From assembly GCA_030141605.1 (NCBI GenBank), contig JAQGDQ010000036.1, positions 558,001 to 622,000 on the forward strand: a DNA stretch of 64,000 nt, in the 5' to 3' direction. Under the pieces are notes generated by a model that was given only the letters and a program-made list of their open reading frames with translations, did not search any database and had not been told where the DNA came from. Origin of the DNA: Tubiluchus corallicola (taxonomy: Eukaryota; Animalia; Priapulida). Below, piece after piece: positions 26,401 to 41,400 of the stretch; position 1 is the first letter of the stretch; every line of letters starts with the position of its first letter. Position numbers and translations under genes: made by a program.

Positions 26401-29400
26401 TTAATTGAATTCCACACACATTTGGGGACTTCACATATATCATGGTAATTCAGAAAGGCCAACGAGTCAACAGCCTGCAATAAAAGGAAGTTATAACAAT
26501 CAAGACAAACCCTAATGAATAGGCTGTTGCCCAAAGTCCAGCTAGCAAACCATATGTAGCAAGATCATCTTCAAAACCAGCTTGCCTAAAAATAAATTGA
26601 ACAAATTTATAATTGCTATATAATTCAGGTCAAATACTTTGTTAAAGTATGTTTCAATACTAGTATGTACAAAGTACTTGGAAACAAAATTAGGCTTGTT
26701 ATACATTTTATTGTAATTAAGTAAGTAAAACCTTTTATAGACGGTAATGCCATCACTCGCTTGGATCATATGAATCAAACACTTTACAAATTTGATTACT
26801 TATACTTACTAATAGTTATAGATTGCTTTTTTAAACTTTAATCTAAACATAAGTATGCAGTCTAATTTCTCATAATATGGGTAAGAATGTTCAGTTTAAC
26901 CAAAGAAGTAGCTAAACTCATAAATAAACATAGAAACTTACTCAGCTTCATCCAAAAGATTTTCAAACGTTGGTATTAATGCTAAACTGGTGGCTATTCC
27001 TAGCAGAGCCAGCGACAATATAATCAACCAAAGCAAACTGAAATTCAAAAGAATAACGGAAGCTTTGAAGTTCAGAGTTATTTTACTCAATCCCAATAGA
27101 ATTGTAACCACATTAACAGAAACCTTAAAGTAATGCACAATAAAATATAGGGATTCGACACACTTCATTAGAGATGTAGTATAAAAGACTAAAATGCTCC
27201 AGAGACAAAAAACGTAAACTACTACTTACTAGCCAATGTTAGGAAATAACGGACTAGGACCAAGTAAAAGCATGGCTACTGCCATTGTCGCTGTGCCAGC
27301 AATTATTAGGAGTTTGGTATTTTCCTGAAAATAATATAATTGGCTGATGTTTTAAACTTCTTTTAGTGAGTGACAATTTTAACAAACATTTTGGAATAAA
27401 ACTGAAAGTTACATTTTAAATAAAAAAAGAAAGAGACAGAGAGACTTTCATTACGTTCACCTTGTTGCGTACCTAATATAAAAAAGTGAATATTAAAATA
27501 CTTACAACTTTATCAGCTACAAGACCCCACAATGGAGAGAAGAGTGCATATGCAGTAGATATCACCATAAACAACAATCCAACATGCTTTGCACTTAGAT
27601 TATACTGAAACAGTCATACACATGCTTATTTTAGCAGCAATATTTTTTTACATTTACATGCCTTTAATGCAGTTGGGCATAATCATTAGTGAAGGGACAA
27701 TTTAGGCTTTATCCGTAGGGAAAGTAAGTTAAGAGCTAAGGTCTAATGCTCTGTTCCCAACATTAAACAGAGACCACATGTCCATGAATGAAAATAATGT
27801 TACTTGTACATGTAAAGCAGTAGAAATTCATCAGAGTAAGCGAGGATTATATCTACACCAGGAAATGTACGCAATGTGCCAGTATGAATCACCATGACTT
27901 ACTCTTGTATGTAGACTTGATTTATGTTAGCTTGGCTTCTTTAAAAAGCACTAATGCAATAAACAAACTAACTGTAGAGGAGTTAAAATTTCGAACAAAC
28001 AGTACAGAGAGTAAAAAAATACAGAGCTTATGTTACAGTTTGTAGAGCTGACAAACTTCTAACTTTGTTTAAAAACACATTTATTAAATCTGATTTTATA
28101 AGAACAAGAGCTTTTAACAAAATAAAGCAAGAAATTTCCTCGCCATGGCGTTCTGCTAATCTGTACACTCTCCTTTTTTGCTCTCCTCTGCTCCGTCTTC
28201 CTAATTTGCCCAACTAGTTCACTAATCAAGCCATATTACATCTATGACTCAAGTACAGCTTAGTCAATGCTTACACTAATGCTCTGATGACTTCTTAAAG
28301 GACTGCACCATTCAAAGTAGGTCTTATAAGACGCATGACTTTTCTACTACTGTATGAGCACAGATATAACTAAATGATTACAAATTAGATACTCTACTAA
28401 TCAGGAGAATCTTGGCTATCCAATCATGCTATTTGTTCAAACATTTATAAGTGATTTAATTGGATAAAATTTAGAAAGACATGGCCTTTTCAGGCACTCC
28501 AATCTTGCCTGTTGAGTAGCTTAGTCTAGTGTACACTTGCGTGATCGCACACCCTACTTTATTGATCGCCTGTTTACTACTACCCAAGAAAACGGTCCCC
28601 TCTACAAAGTTCCAGGAAAAGCCAACCAATCAGCCAAGGAGAAATTAAGGTCCTTGCATCTATTAACGCGAATTTCTCCTTAAAAATAGAGCAGACTAGA
28701 GGCCAAGGTGTATGTTGTGTCTGGATAGTTGTCAGAATGTCGTGTCTGGATAGTTGAAATTTTCTGCATTAATTGATTTCACACAGGTGATACTGTACAA
28801 TGTTACAGTGCAAACACTGCAGTTACTGAGAACTTTTAACAATTTTTTGTCAATTTTTATTTTGTGTACGATAAGCAAATGCATTTTATAATATAATTTT
28901 GCATGAAAATCCATTATGTGAGGAGTAGACACCTACAAAATTTATCAAATATAACATAATCGCTGCTTAGTGAGAGCAGTTTTTCATGAATTCATGCAAA
29001 ATGCAGCAAATGCTTAAATTCCTGAAGAGTTAACAAGCAGATAGCAACAAAATCTAACTGCAACAATCAGCTTATAAATTTTCAATGAAAATCTTTTCAT
29101 TGAAATTTAAATTATGAAATATTATACAAACCGTTCTAAGATAAGGTTCCAAAATAGGATCAAGAAATCCCCAAACAGCTGAATTAATAGTTATGCTTAG
29201 CACAACAATGAATATGACTGGTATTCGTAATAACCTGAGCATGTCACTTGGTGGCGCCATTTTATCATCATCTGAAACGACGTTACTGTTAACTGTAACC
29301 CTACATTTGAATAACTGCCTGAACAGGTATTTTTGACCCTTGGATGATCACCCTGCACAGTGTCCAGTCAATAAGCAAATCAGCACATAATGCAAATTTA

Positions 29401-32400
29401 CTGTCACTAAAGCAATTTCCTGGACTTTACACTTGTTTGCAGGATCAAAAGAATTAATCAGTATGGTCAGAAGGTGGTACACTTCCTGAATGCAGTTGCG
29501 CTTATTCATGTCAATGTCGAAGACAACGATCGGCATATTGGATTTATTGCACATAGTCTGAAATAGCTGCACCAAACTTAATAAAACAGGGAAACCTTAT
29601 TTGCTACGAGTGCATTTAGATAACTTATGCAAATGACCTCTAACGGCAGCTAAACAAAGGTATAACATGGAACAAAACCATATTTGTCCATGTTCTTTTC
29701 AGTTAATAAGGTCAAGGTAGTTGGAATAGCAACAACAAAGTTGTTCTTATGCTGCTATGGTCTACTTCAGAACTGCAAAACTGCTGAACTTGGGTTATAA
29801 TCTATTATGCCTAAAACTACTTTAGTTTGCCCTGACAAATTCCTATATTACTCACTAATACCAAGACCTAGAGAGTGACCAAGTTCACCTACAAAAAGTA
29901 ACTTTGAACAAGATGAACAAAAAGACCAATTGAAAAGTTAAAAACAAAATTCACAAAAATTAAAACTTATTTATAGAATTAGTGAATGATAAAAACATCC
30001 CTTTATTACTTATGCAGTTTAGGGGCTGATAAAAGTATAAAATGCCATGAACAAAACTCTCCAGGATCTAGATTGTTTCCTAAAAAATGAAAGCTCAAAC
30101 AACATAGCTTTAAGTGAAAATTAAATAACAACAACAAAAAAGATTAGTGCATAACTTTTAAGTCACTTTGCAAAGGTATTAATTTCAAGTGCAAAATAAA
30201 TTTTGGTTTGAACCAATATAAAGAATTTGATCTGTTAGATAATACTGATCCTTTAAGGAAAAAAGGAAACTATTATTAAATTTTTCTTAGCACTTTTAGG
30301 CTATGGGTTATTGTGCAAAATTCACCAAACTGCAATTAGCATGGAAAATTATCGAGTATAACTTTTCGAATGTAGCAGGATCAACAACCACTAATTTTTG
30401 TCAAAACTTTAGTGAGTACAAAGTAATATGACTACAACTAAAAAAATATATAAAACAGTAAATATACCTTCATCCCATTTTGGCAATAACAAAGCATTAA
30501 TGGGAAAGCAAATAAGTACTATAAAACCACCAACAACAAGGAACGGCAATTTAAATCCTCCGAGAGAATACAATGCACCCCCAAGTGCTGGACCAACCAT
30601 CATTCCAAGGCCTACAAAGGTCTCCAAAACTCCCTATAATGTATTTAATAATAATAATAATAATGAATTTATTTATAAAGATTTATTTATTTATATAAAG
30701 TATAATGAAACAGATAAAACAAGCAAAGATATGATGCATTAGTTAAATACTTTCTTAATAATTAGATGCCAGTTATATGTAGCCTTTTTACACTTAGAAT
30801 ATGCATGATCCTTAAAATTTAAATGATTGTTTAGAACTGCACCCAAATATATAACCGAGTCACTATTTTACACATTGTTAGCACCAACTTTCAAGATGAC
30901 AAGTAAACATTTTTCAAGTTGTGGATTGTTACCAAAAATAATATAATCATTCATTTTTAAATGATTTTGGTCCATCCATTCTTTGATTGTGGAGACAGTA
31001 TGTTCTAAGGTGTTTACTGTACGAAGACCTGAGTTAGCTCAACCCAGCTTAAAACTTTCTACAACAGTGTATCGTCTGCAAAATCATACAGCTCTGTTGC
31101 GTAACACGTAAAAATTAAGGCACCCAAAATTCTCCTTTTGAGGCGCAGAATAGTTGAAGATCATTGGATAATATAACACATTATTAATTTGAACTCTAAA
31201 AGGCCTGTAACGTAGATAGGACTTTTCTTTATTTTAGCACAGTACCAGAAAAACCAAATCTCTTCCGAAGTACGCTGCATAAGATTTCGTAATTCATCAT
31301 GTCAAATGCAGTTGCCAGATCCAAAGCACCATAGATGTGACTTTTTCCTGTTCAGACCTTGTCAGATGTCATCATTCATACAATAAAGTAGTTTCCATTG
31401 AGTAATTTGCTCGATAGCTGTTTTTATAGTCAGGTAAATAATTGTCGGCTTTGATGTAGCCTTGTAACTGCAGGTCTTATTGTGTTGATAATCTTGGATA
31501 AAAAACGTTGATTATTTATTGATCTGTAAAATAAGAAAATTCGGTTCCCACTTTTGCTTTTTTATTAGCAGCTTCACATTTCCATTTATTTGAGGCAATG
31601 CCCTCTGACAATGGAGGATATTCTAGTTGCATAGTTAACAGCAGCTACAATCATTTTTAGCAAGATAGTTGAGCAGACATCCAAAAGATAGGTGGCTGAC
31701 TTAGTTAACCCAAGCACTTTAGCACATTTTTCAGTCACCTTCTTAAACCCTGATAACATGATTTAACTGGGGATATTGGGTTGAAAAATGTGAAAACATT
31801 AAAAGAAGATCTGATGTTTTCACTTTGTGATACATTAAAACTGCAAAGTCACTGGCAATTTTTCATCTGACAAAGCGTTAGATAAAGTGTTTTCCTCATT
31901 CCAATGTAGCAAATAGCTTTCTTGAATCTCCATCACAACCAGTAATGCAACATCGATATAAAACTCTTCTTGCTCATTAATATAACAACAATAGTTCTTT
32001 TTTGATTCTTTATATACGTCCCAGTTTTGTTCACTATCATTTTTTCATTTTCTTTCTGCGATACATTTTTGTCTTTTAAACCATATTGGTGTTCCGTTGA
32101 ACCAAGGTACCTTATTTCATATGGTAACTGTTTTCATTTTTAATGGAGAGTGTTTTGTTTAAAAGTAACTTTAAATTGGTGTTCAATTCATCTAATACTG
32201 ATTTTACTGTATATCTATTCTTGTACAATCACCCCAAGGTTGTGTAAATCCGGTGCCAAATAAGTATAATTGATATTTCACAGGCAGTTTCCTTCTTCAA
32301 TGATTTTGGTGTTTGAACATCCATTATCGACTCATCAAAGCAATGATCCAACAAAGTCTCCAACTTTTCAAGCACAAAGCACAAGACTAGAATAAGCTCT

Positions 32401-35400
32401 GGTAATGACATAGTTTATATAATGCTTCCACATTAGTGAGTATGATGGGTGCCATGCTGTTTAAGTTCAAATATAGTCGGTACTTCTCTAAAAGTTTGAC
32501 ACTCTTGAAGTGAATATTACAGCTACAATTTGGAAGTAGTTTTGTCAAAAATATCAGTGAAAAATTCCGAAAATTCATCAAAGAATGAAGACATTGTCAC
32601 ACAATGGTTTGACGAATATGGTGGTCTTTAGATCGCAGTTAAGTTGAGCACAGCGGGTTTCTGTTGTAAACTGACAATTAAATATTCAAAAGAGGTGATT
32701 TGTCCTTTATGCACTAATCTTACATACAGACTTTTTGCTATTATGGGCTAGTCCACCTCCCAATCTGCCTTGTATGTTTGCGTAACAGCTACTGTATCCA
32801 ATTTTATCCAAAGAAAACTTAATTGTGCCAAAAACTGTGTGCTCCCGTATCCACTCGCTGAGTATTGTCAATTTCAACTTGTTTAGTGAACGTAGTATGA
32901 TGAACGAGTTTATGTCATAATAATTTCTCTGCTTTCTGGTTTTCTTATATAACCTCCACCATCATTTACCATGAAAAGATTTTATTACGCCAAATTCTGA
33001 CAGTTTTTGTTTTTTACTTTACCGTCCAGCTTACATTTATAATCCTACTTGTTTACAGACAGTAGAAATTATTTACCATAGGAACCAGTCTCTGACTGTA
33101 GGCTTACCTTGTCCAGCACATGAACGTGAACATGAATTCTCTGCTGGAAAAATTTTTCGGCGAAATAAAAGTGCCTAGCATTATCAGCCACCAAATCAAA
33201 ATTTCACTCAAAAATGAAAACGTTCGATAACTCTGCATATTCATAGATCATGAACACAAATTGTTGTAGTAACTGCCGTAGATCACTTGTATAACCAGGT
33301 ATTTTTAGCTGGATATACAAGAAACAGCTGCACTCACACATGAGTGCACACAGTATAAAAATGTACAAAGATAACATTCACATGAAAATTAGTGATTAAC
33401 CTAGCCAAGGCAACAGGTATTGCCTGCCTTTCTCCACAGTAAAGGCGATGTAATTGCATAGAGAAAAAATACTGGATAACTCTTGCAAACACTACATCAC
33501 AAATCCAACATGTTTGTCAATGCTTAAAAATATAAAATACTAATAATTGTGGAAATAAACATAAGCAAGAAAAACAAATAATGCCATTTTAAAACAATTT
33601 GTTAGCATCTGTTTTTCGGAAGCTCAATAGTGGTTTTGCTGCTTGTCTAATATAAACAAATCAATCAGACTCTGGAATCAAAAGAACATTACAAGTGTCT
33701 AAAGTTTTAAATGATCACAGCACATCGCACTTTAAAAATAAGGTATAATACGAAAAAAAGTGCAAAAAACAGAACTCACAAAAACGGTGCCAATATTGTC
33801 AGGAAATATATCAATTATAATAGCATAAGTAGCTGTAGTATAAGCTGCTGCTCCAAGTGCTTCCAATGATCTCACAGCAAAACACAACACTGTGAATTCA
33901 ATGCCACCATCTGCATATTCCAAAAACCTGTAAAAATAAAGACTTAATTTATAAGTTTAATTATTTCAACATAAATATCTAACAATAAATGACGAATACA
34001 ATCAAATGAAACATGAAAATTGCTAATTATTTTAAATTAAAAAACCTTTAATTCTTTATCATAACATCAGTTAAATATAGTAGCTGTACGTGTTTACATT
34101 TTGCTATAATTGGTTCAGATTCACATCAATTTGCATGGGTAAAATATCAAATTGCTTAAGCAACCAGATTTCAATCTAAACGTGTTAGTAATTACTATCA
34201 GCACATAGGTAAGGAAGTACCTTGGCCTGCAACCGCTCATACAAAAGGTGCAGCCATCCCAGATGACAGCGCAAGCTTGAGCTGCTCTGCCTTCTGTGCA
34301 TAATCAGGCCGCGTTTCTACTGCGTCTGCACAGACTTTCTTGTCCGCACATTTTACGTCTGCAAAAGTTGTTTCCATTGGGTCCGCGCTCATTCCGTAAA
34401 ATACGTCATCAATGAGCCAAAAGTTTAGCGCGAAATTCTAAACATGAGTCTTTCTAGACGAAAGAAGATTTTTATTTTGCTGTGGTCGTTTTTGGGCACA
34501 CCCAATTTTTGAAAACCGTGGACAGCTAGGCGAATATCATCATTTGTTATAAAGAGTTATTTTATGTTACTTACGCAAATAAAATATTACAGGAACCTGC
34601 CACAAACATTCCAGCTAAGAATACAAAACGAGTGCCAATTTTACCCATCTGGAAAAAAGTTTGAAAAAATTATTTCTTCATCCTAAGTCAGATTATAATC
34701 ACAGATCAACACAGCAATTATACCGAGGCATGCCAAGAAAACTAACCCAAACAGAAACCGCACTAACTTTCATAGTTTTATTTTAAAGGAAAAATCTACA
34801 CTAAAATAATTAAAGGTTTATACTAATTTACAAAAATTTTACAAATTTATTTTGAATATTTTCAAAAGTATAAGTTTTAAGTATATATATAAGAAAAGTA
34901 TATTTTTTCTTTTAAAAAGGTAATACAGCAATTCGTAATGGCACATCAATACCAAAAAATATTTGGAATTCACCATAACTTTGTGAATAAAACAACTGGC
35001 CTATAGCAAAATATTTTGGCTTTCTTCTTCAAAATCTCATTCCACCTATAGTAGGCATTGAGGTATCAACACGTATCAGAATAACTTCTACACTTACACT
35101 TCTATCTCCTGATAACAGCATAAGTTTTTCTACTCCTAAAGATAGATTTGGTTGAAGTTGTTGAACATCTTTGCTTATCTTAGCTATCCAAGTTGTTTTA
35201 GGTTTGTCAGGTGGTTTTTTGCAAGGTTTTAAGGCTTCTTTTAAGGCGATTCTTACTGGTGCTTCATTTGGCAATCTTAGAAGATGTCTTAGCCATCTTA
35301 ATCTTCAGATCTTGACTTTTGAACGTCAATAAATTTCTTTCGTTCTGGTACATAAATCTTCATTTTTGATGTATGGCCATCTTATCTTTAAAACTTTCGT

Positions 35401-38400
35401 AAAAAGACTTCTATGAAATGTGTCAATCTGCTTTTCTTGAGTAATTGTTAAACCCCAAGTTTCGCTGTTGTACATAAATATGCTGGTAACGTAAGCATTA
35501 AATAATCAAAATCTTATGCTAAGACTTAATTTCTTGCTAGTTAATGCATTCTTGTGCTGAAGAAAAATATGCACTGCATGTTGCTTTCTGCTTCTAATAT
35601 AATTTTCGTTGCTTCGAAAAGTGCCCATGTACTTGCATTTTTTCCAAGACTGATTACCGTCTCTTGCAATAATATATTCTTCTGTTTTTGTCTGATTTAC
35701 TTGAAGATTTTTTTCTCTAGTTTTTTTTGGAAAATCCCTTTTTATTGTGTTAGTTTCAAAATTTGTGCTTTCAAATTTTTACAAGAATCACTTTGACGTA
35801 TTTCACGTAACTTGCCTCCTTGCAGGGATGCACTTTTACTATTGAGTGTCAATGTGTCACCATATTGAAGTAACTATACACGATCTACAGGATTAGATTA
35901 GAATACTCAGTGGCCAATGCTTAGTGAACAAATCTTGATACTTTTTATTTGCAATATTTAGTTTTTCTGCTATAATAAAAACGTAATTTCATGGTATTCC
36001 ATGTTTACTATGTATGCCACAAATTTTAGCATTTTTACAATGGGAAAAACAATGCACTTTCAATCGTCCGTCATTGTTTACAAATACATGGACAAAGTGC
36101 TTTGCTTTAAAAAGATATCTGCATATTAACCTTGTTTTCCTGAAGTATAAATTATGAAAGTACTGGTGATGTAATACACAGATCACAAGCGGTGTTTAGC
36201 CCTGCCCACCTTGATGAAGTAAGACAAAGATTTGCTGGCTGCAAGTCACTACAGCATATAAACAAAGGTGAAAAAGTGGATAGCTCCTGTGTTATCATCA
36301 CATCATCAGTCCAAGTCTCTAGTCCCAAGTCAGTAGAAAAGAGCAAAGTTTTAAAAATGGCAGAAAGACATCTGGTTATAAATAATGCATCTTTTATTAT
36401 ATTCATTATTTCTTTGCTTCAGTAATTTATTTTTTGAAATATTAGTAGCATATGAGATTTGTTTCAATTGAGTAGATTGTTTAAGTAGCATTATTTATTA
36501 CTATATTATTATTAATATTATTGTTGTTAAAAAGTTAATAATAATTAATGTATTATACAGTAGGCATATAGCAGTTTACTTTGCTATCAGTAGAAAAAAA
36601 GGATACCATGTTTAAAATGTCAGCTAGTAATATATGATAATAAATTGTGTGATAGTATAATATAACATATACCTGAATAAATTAAATAAAAATCAAGTAA
36701 GTTAGCCGAGCACAACTTAGTGACCATTAATAATTACAAAACATATATACTAGTGTTCATTCATACAATATGCAATTGTATAATATACAATTATACAATG
36801 CACAATGAACAAAATCTTATGGTATGCTGTACAATACGCCATCTGAAATATCTTATTCCAGTGCAGTGCGTCTTGGTACAGCATGCCGCATTTCTACATG
36901 TAGCCAGCAATAACAATAAAACATTAGAAAACTTTGAGCAAACAGCAGGATTTTTATTGATCTGAATGTGTTGATATGCCCATATTGCTCCAGCATGCTT
37001 CGATTCATCGGCGATAAGTTCCTAAATGTTTTTTGGATTTGGGAAACTAGTAAGTAATACTTCTTCTAGCCGTTCTGAGTACCAAACATCCACATTACAC
37101 ATGCCCCAAGCACAACGCTTCACCATTCTATACTCTCTTTCACAGCTATTTAATGAATTTAATAAGTAAAAACAATCAGGAACACACACTTTCCCTGTAT
37201 ATTATTACATGCAAATACTGCTGAGCTTGGGAGCAAGTAGAAGCGCCAGTAATTGAAAAGCTGTTATAGCCCAAATAAAGCGGGTCTGATTGGCCATTGC
37301 GAGGTGGACCCCCACTGGTTGATTGACGTTCTACGATCTATGTATTAATAAAAAATATAATTTAGTTTGCACTGTTACTTAATAAAATGATTTTCCAAAT
37401 TCCCTACATTTTCAGTCAAAAATATGCCACAAAAAGCATACAACATCTCTGTAATTACTGATACCTGTGCTCAAACTGAGTTTTATCTATACATAAATTC
37501 TGTCGGTTTAAGTTTGCAAATATATCCAGTGTGTAATAAAATGTGCCGAAGTTTTGATTACAACACACAGGCAGAAAATAACGGAATCACTTGAAAGTTA
37601 CTACATTGATGTTGCTCCTAATATTCATGTACTGCTGCCTATATATCAAGTGAGAATTTTTCAAAGAAGACAATTTATTTTTCAAGTCGGGGGAAACTGG
37701 TAGAAAAGGGGATGCAAGCCTATCGAAAATGAAGAAGAAAACTGCACCAGTCCAGTGATCAAGTATATACATAAGATTATAAACACACAATTTAACTTTG
37801 TCATTAGTATTAAGAATGTGAAATTTCAAAGGTAAATTATAAATTTATTGTCCAAATGATATTTATTTAAATGCCATAAAACATTAAAAACCACACTGTG
37901 TTAGAATGACTTAATGTGATATATTTAGCAAGAAAAACTTCACAGAAGTATGATTCATTTACCAGGTTTATATGCAACTCTATTGAGCGAGTTTTTCCTT
38001 GAACTGCATAGTGTCACATTACTAACACTACTTATGCTGAACGTGCTAATAGGTCACAGCAGGAAAACTGACTAGGGAAACATACAAACGTATTTCCTGC
38101 ATTTCTTCCTAAACTTATGTATACAGTACAGAAACAACTTCCTGTTTTGTAACAGTGACGTTATTTGTGATTTTGTTAATTCGCTGTTCCAGTCACAAGT
38201 AAATACAAAGCAAGACAGATCAAAATTCCCTGCAAAGTATTAGCTGACTGGACTGAAATTCACTTACGTTACATCGTAACAAATAATCTAGCAAATTTAA
38301 TCTTACCAGAATACCAAATATGGGCGAAGAAATAAACACAACCAGAGAGAATACACCAAACACAAACCCAGAGACTGTGTCGCTCATTCCTTTATCATTA

Positions 38401-41400
38401 GCCTGAAATAAACAAATGCCTACTTTCTGATCATAATGGATTTTATTGGTATAAACAATGTTCATACCTAAATAATCATTTCTTTTGTTTCAAAATTTCT
38501 TGATTTACCAATTAACTTAGAAACAAATAATAATGAATAAATAGATAAATATATTTATAAAGAAATAAAGTTCAGTGAATGAAGTATAACCATATGCAAA
38601 TATATCTAAAGTTATTTGCATATGGACTACATTTTACCAAAGGTTGAGTTACAACCAATCACTAATAAATAATTAAGAAAAACAAAAAACACCATGACAC
38701 AAGATACAAATAAACAACCTGATCTACCATTAATATGTGCATGGTGAATTTGCAAAATGCACAGCAAAATTACCAAAATACTGTATTTTGATACCTTATT
38801 CAGAGCTAGAACATATATACATGTTTATTAAAATAAATCAAAAGAATTTTGCCAACTTAATAAAATGCTATGAATTCACATGACTTATCATTAGTCACTT
38901 TAGTAGATGCGAATTCGCTGGTATATTTGTAATTTGTACAAAGAACAGAAAGACAAGTTCAGGCCTATGCTTTAATTTAATCACTGCCGATGTGTATCAG
39001 CTTTTACTAATGGCATACTTTTGAAAATGAATCTTAATGTTATATTAATTTTAGTGCTAGACTTTAAGTTTAAAGTTTTACTATACAAATTAGCAATGAC
39101 AAAATTTGATTTCAGAAATAAATAACTACCACACTCACTGTTTTGGGAAAAAATGGTGCAAGTATTGACATGGAAAGGTAAGAGGTAAAATCCACTATAG
39201 CTAAACTAAGAAGAGTTAGCTTGGCTTCTTTGTCCATAGAAAAAAATGATACATCTTCAGAGGAACTGGATGAATTTGATACAGTTTCCGATTTAGACTC
39301 CGGAATTGGTGATGTTGGTGTTTTTGGTGTTTTGGGTCCTTTCCGTATTTGAGGATTTGACTGTCTTGTGAGTAAAACCTGTAAACAATTAGTAAAAAAT
39401 TAAATTAATAAATTCTTACATAGTAAATAAATTCTAAAGTTAATACAATTCTCTGCTAAGAAATTTCAAGACCATCACTCCTAAATATAATCTGCAAAAT
39501 AATTACCCAAAACAAAAAAATAGTCTAGACATGAAGAACACATATAAACTAAGTTTATACATAAAGAATTCACATTTTAAGTAGGCCTTTCGCTTTCTAA
39601 GCAGTGATAAAGTTAAAACATTTGTCAAGCAACAAATTATAAATGTTTCCTCTCCTTTTGTTAAATACATATTAAATGTATGCAAATTCCACATGCAATA
39701 TCAAAAAAACCTAAAACATGTATATACAGTACACCTTAAATTATGCTATAAAACTATAATCACACAACTTCTAGTAATTTGCAAACTGATCTGCAAACTT
39801 AATATTTTGCAAGTTCACTATCATATAGCACAAAAATTACCTAACAAATGTCCAGGCAATATTATCTAATTTTAATCTAACTCAGTACAGAAAAACAGTA
39901 TAGTTTAAATGGCTAGACAAATTGTTGTTTGACAAATTTTATAAATCATTTACAACAAATAACAAGTTTGAAAAAACATAAATATGTGTCAGATTATTAA
40001 GTTATGTTTTTACTGTTTTACTGAACTCACCATAACTGGACGTGCTTTCTTCTTTTTTGCTGGACTTTGACTAGATGTAGGAGGTAAAAAGGATTCCACA
40101 CAAGGTAGCCTTGCATCATGTGCACAGGCTTTAAACCTGAAACCATAACAAAATGCCTATTCAGTTGAGTGCAGACTCCTGAGGCACCTTAGAGTAATTT
40201 TGAGCACTACACATACCTAAAATTTAATGCTGTCAAATGGTACTTAAAACCAATAAAATCAGAACATTAGGTAAAGAAAGTTATAGTTCCAACTAACCAT
40301 ACAAATATGAGTTGAATAACAGTTACTCTTACAGTAAACACTTAGCTTGCGAATGCAAGAGCATTAATGTCAAAGACTCAGCGCAAAGGCTCAGGACTAA
40401 CAGATTCTCAAACATAAAACAATGGCTGCATATTTGATGCTACTTACCGGTATCAATCATTCCTACCCTACTACGATTTTTGCTTTTCATTTCAAGATTC
40501 ATGTCACATGAAAAGATTTAACAGAATATGAAATGGAACACCATCATTATATATATATTCACTAAATTTGGTATCAAGGGAATTTAAAAATTATACTCAG
40601 CTGCATCCTATCCCAAATTTGACCTCTAACCTTAATAAATTCATGCCAAACAAATGAAAGAATCTTAAAATAAACTGCTTTATAACATTAGCACAAAATC
40701 ATAATGCAAAAAGTTTGGCATGGATTAAGAATAACAATTTGTTAGACATTACTTCAGAAGGGATTAACAAACAAATAAGTAGTGCTTCCACTGACCTTGG
40801 CTGGCTTGGGCAATGAAGAAATTAATAATTATATAATACTCTTTATATATATATATATCACATATTACATACATATTTCATTTCTTTATTATATGACCCG
40901 TGAAACAAAAGCTTTACAAGTCAACTATCCGACTTTGCACAGAGTATTGCAACCACATTTGTATTGCACTGGTGCCTCAGCCTCAGCTACCAGCTGCTAC
41001 CTTAACCCACTTGAGACATTGCAAACCCAAGCTGGTTGGGTCTAATTTGGGGTCAACCTTGCAATCTCTTGTTCATTGTTTCCCTGTTCATTTATATACC
41101 TGTACTCCTGGTAGATGAGTGTTACCAATTATTGTGTTGGCACTCTGACAGCACACAAGAGTTTCAGAGCATATTAAAAAAATTACCAGAAAGATAATGA
41201 ATTTTATGTATTTGTGTATTGCCTTTCATCAGAATTGACATAAATTTATAAGTTGTGCATAAAAATAAACTAGCGTATGAGATATTACCACATTATATAA
41301 TATAAGTTCAAGCTTTTTAACAGAAACATACCTAAATGGGTTGGAAAATAAATCCTCGGACATGATTATGATATGCTGTATATTGCCTTTAAAATCAAGA

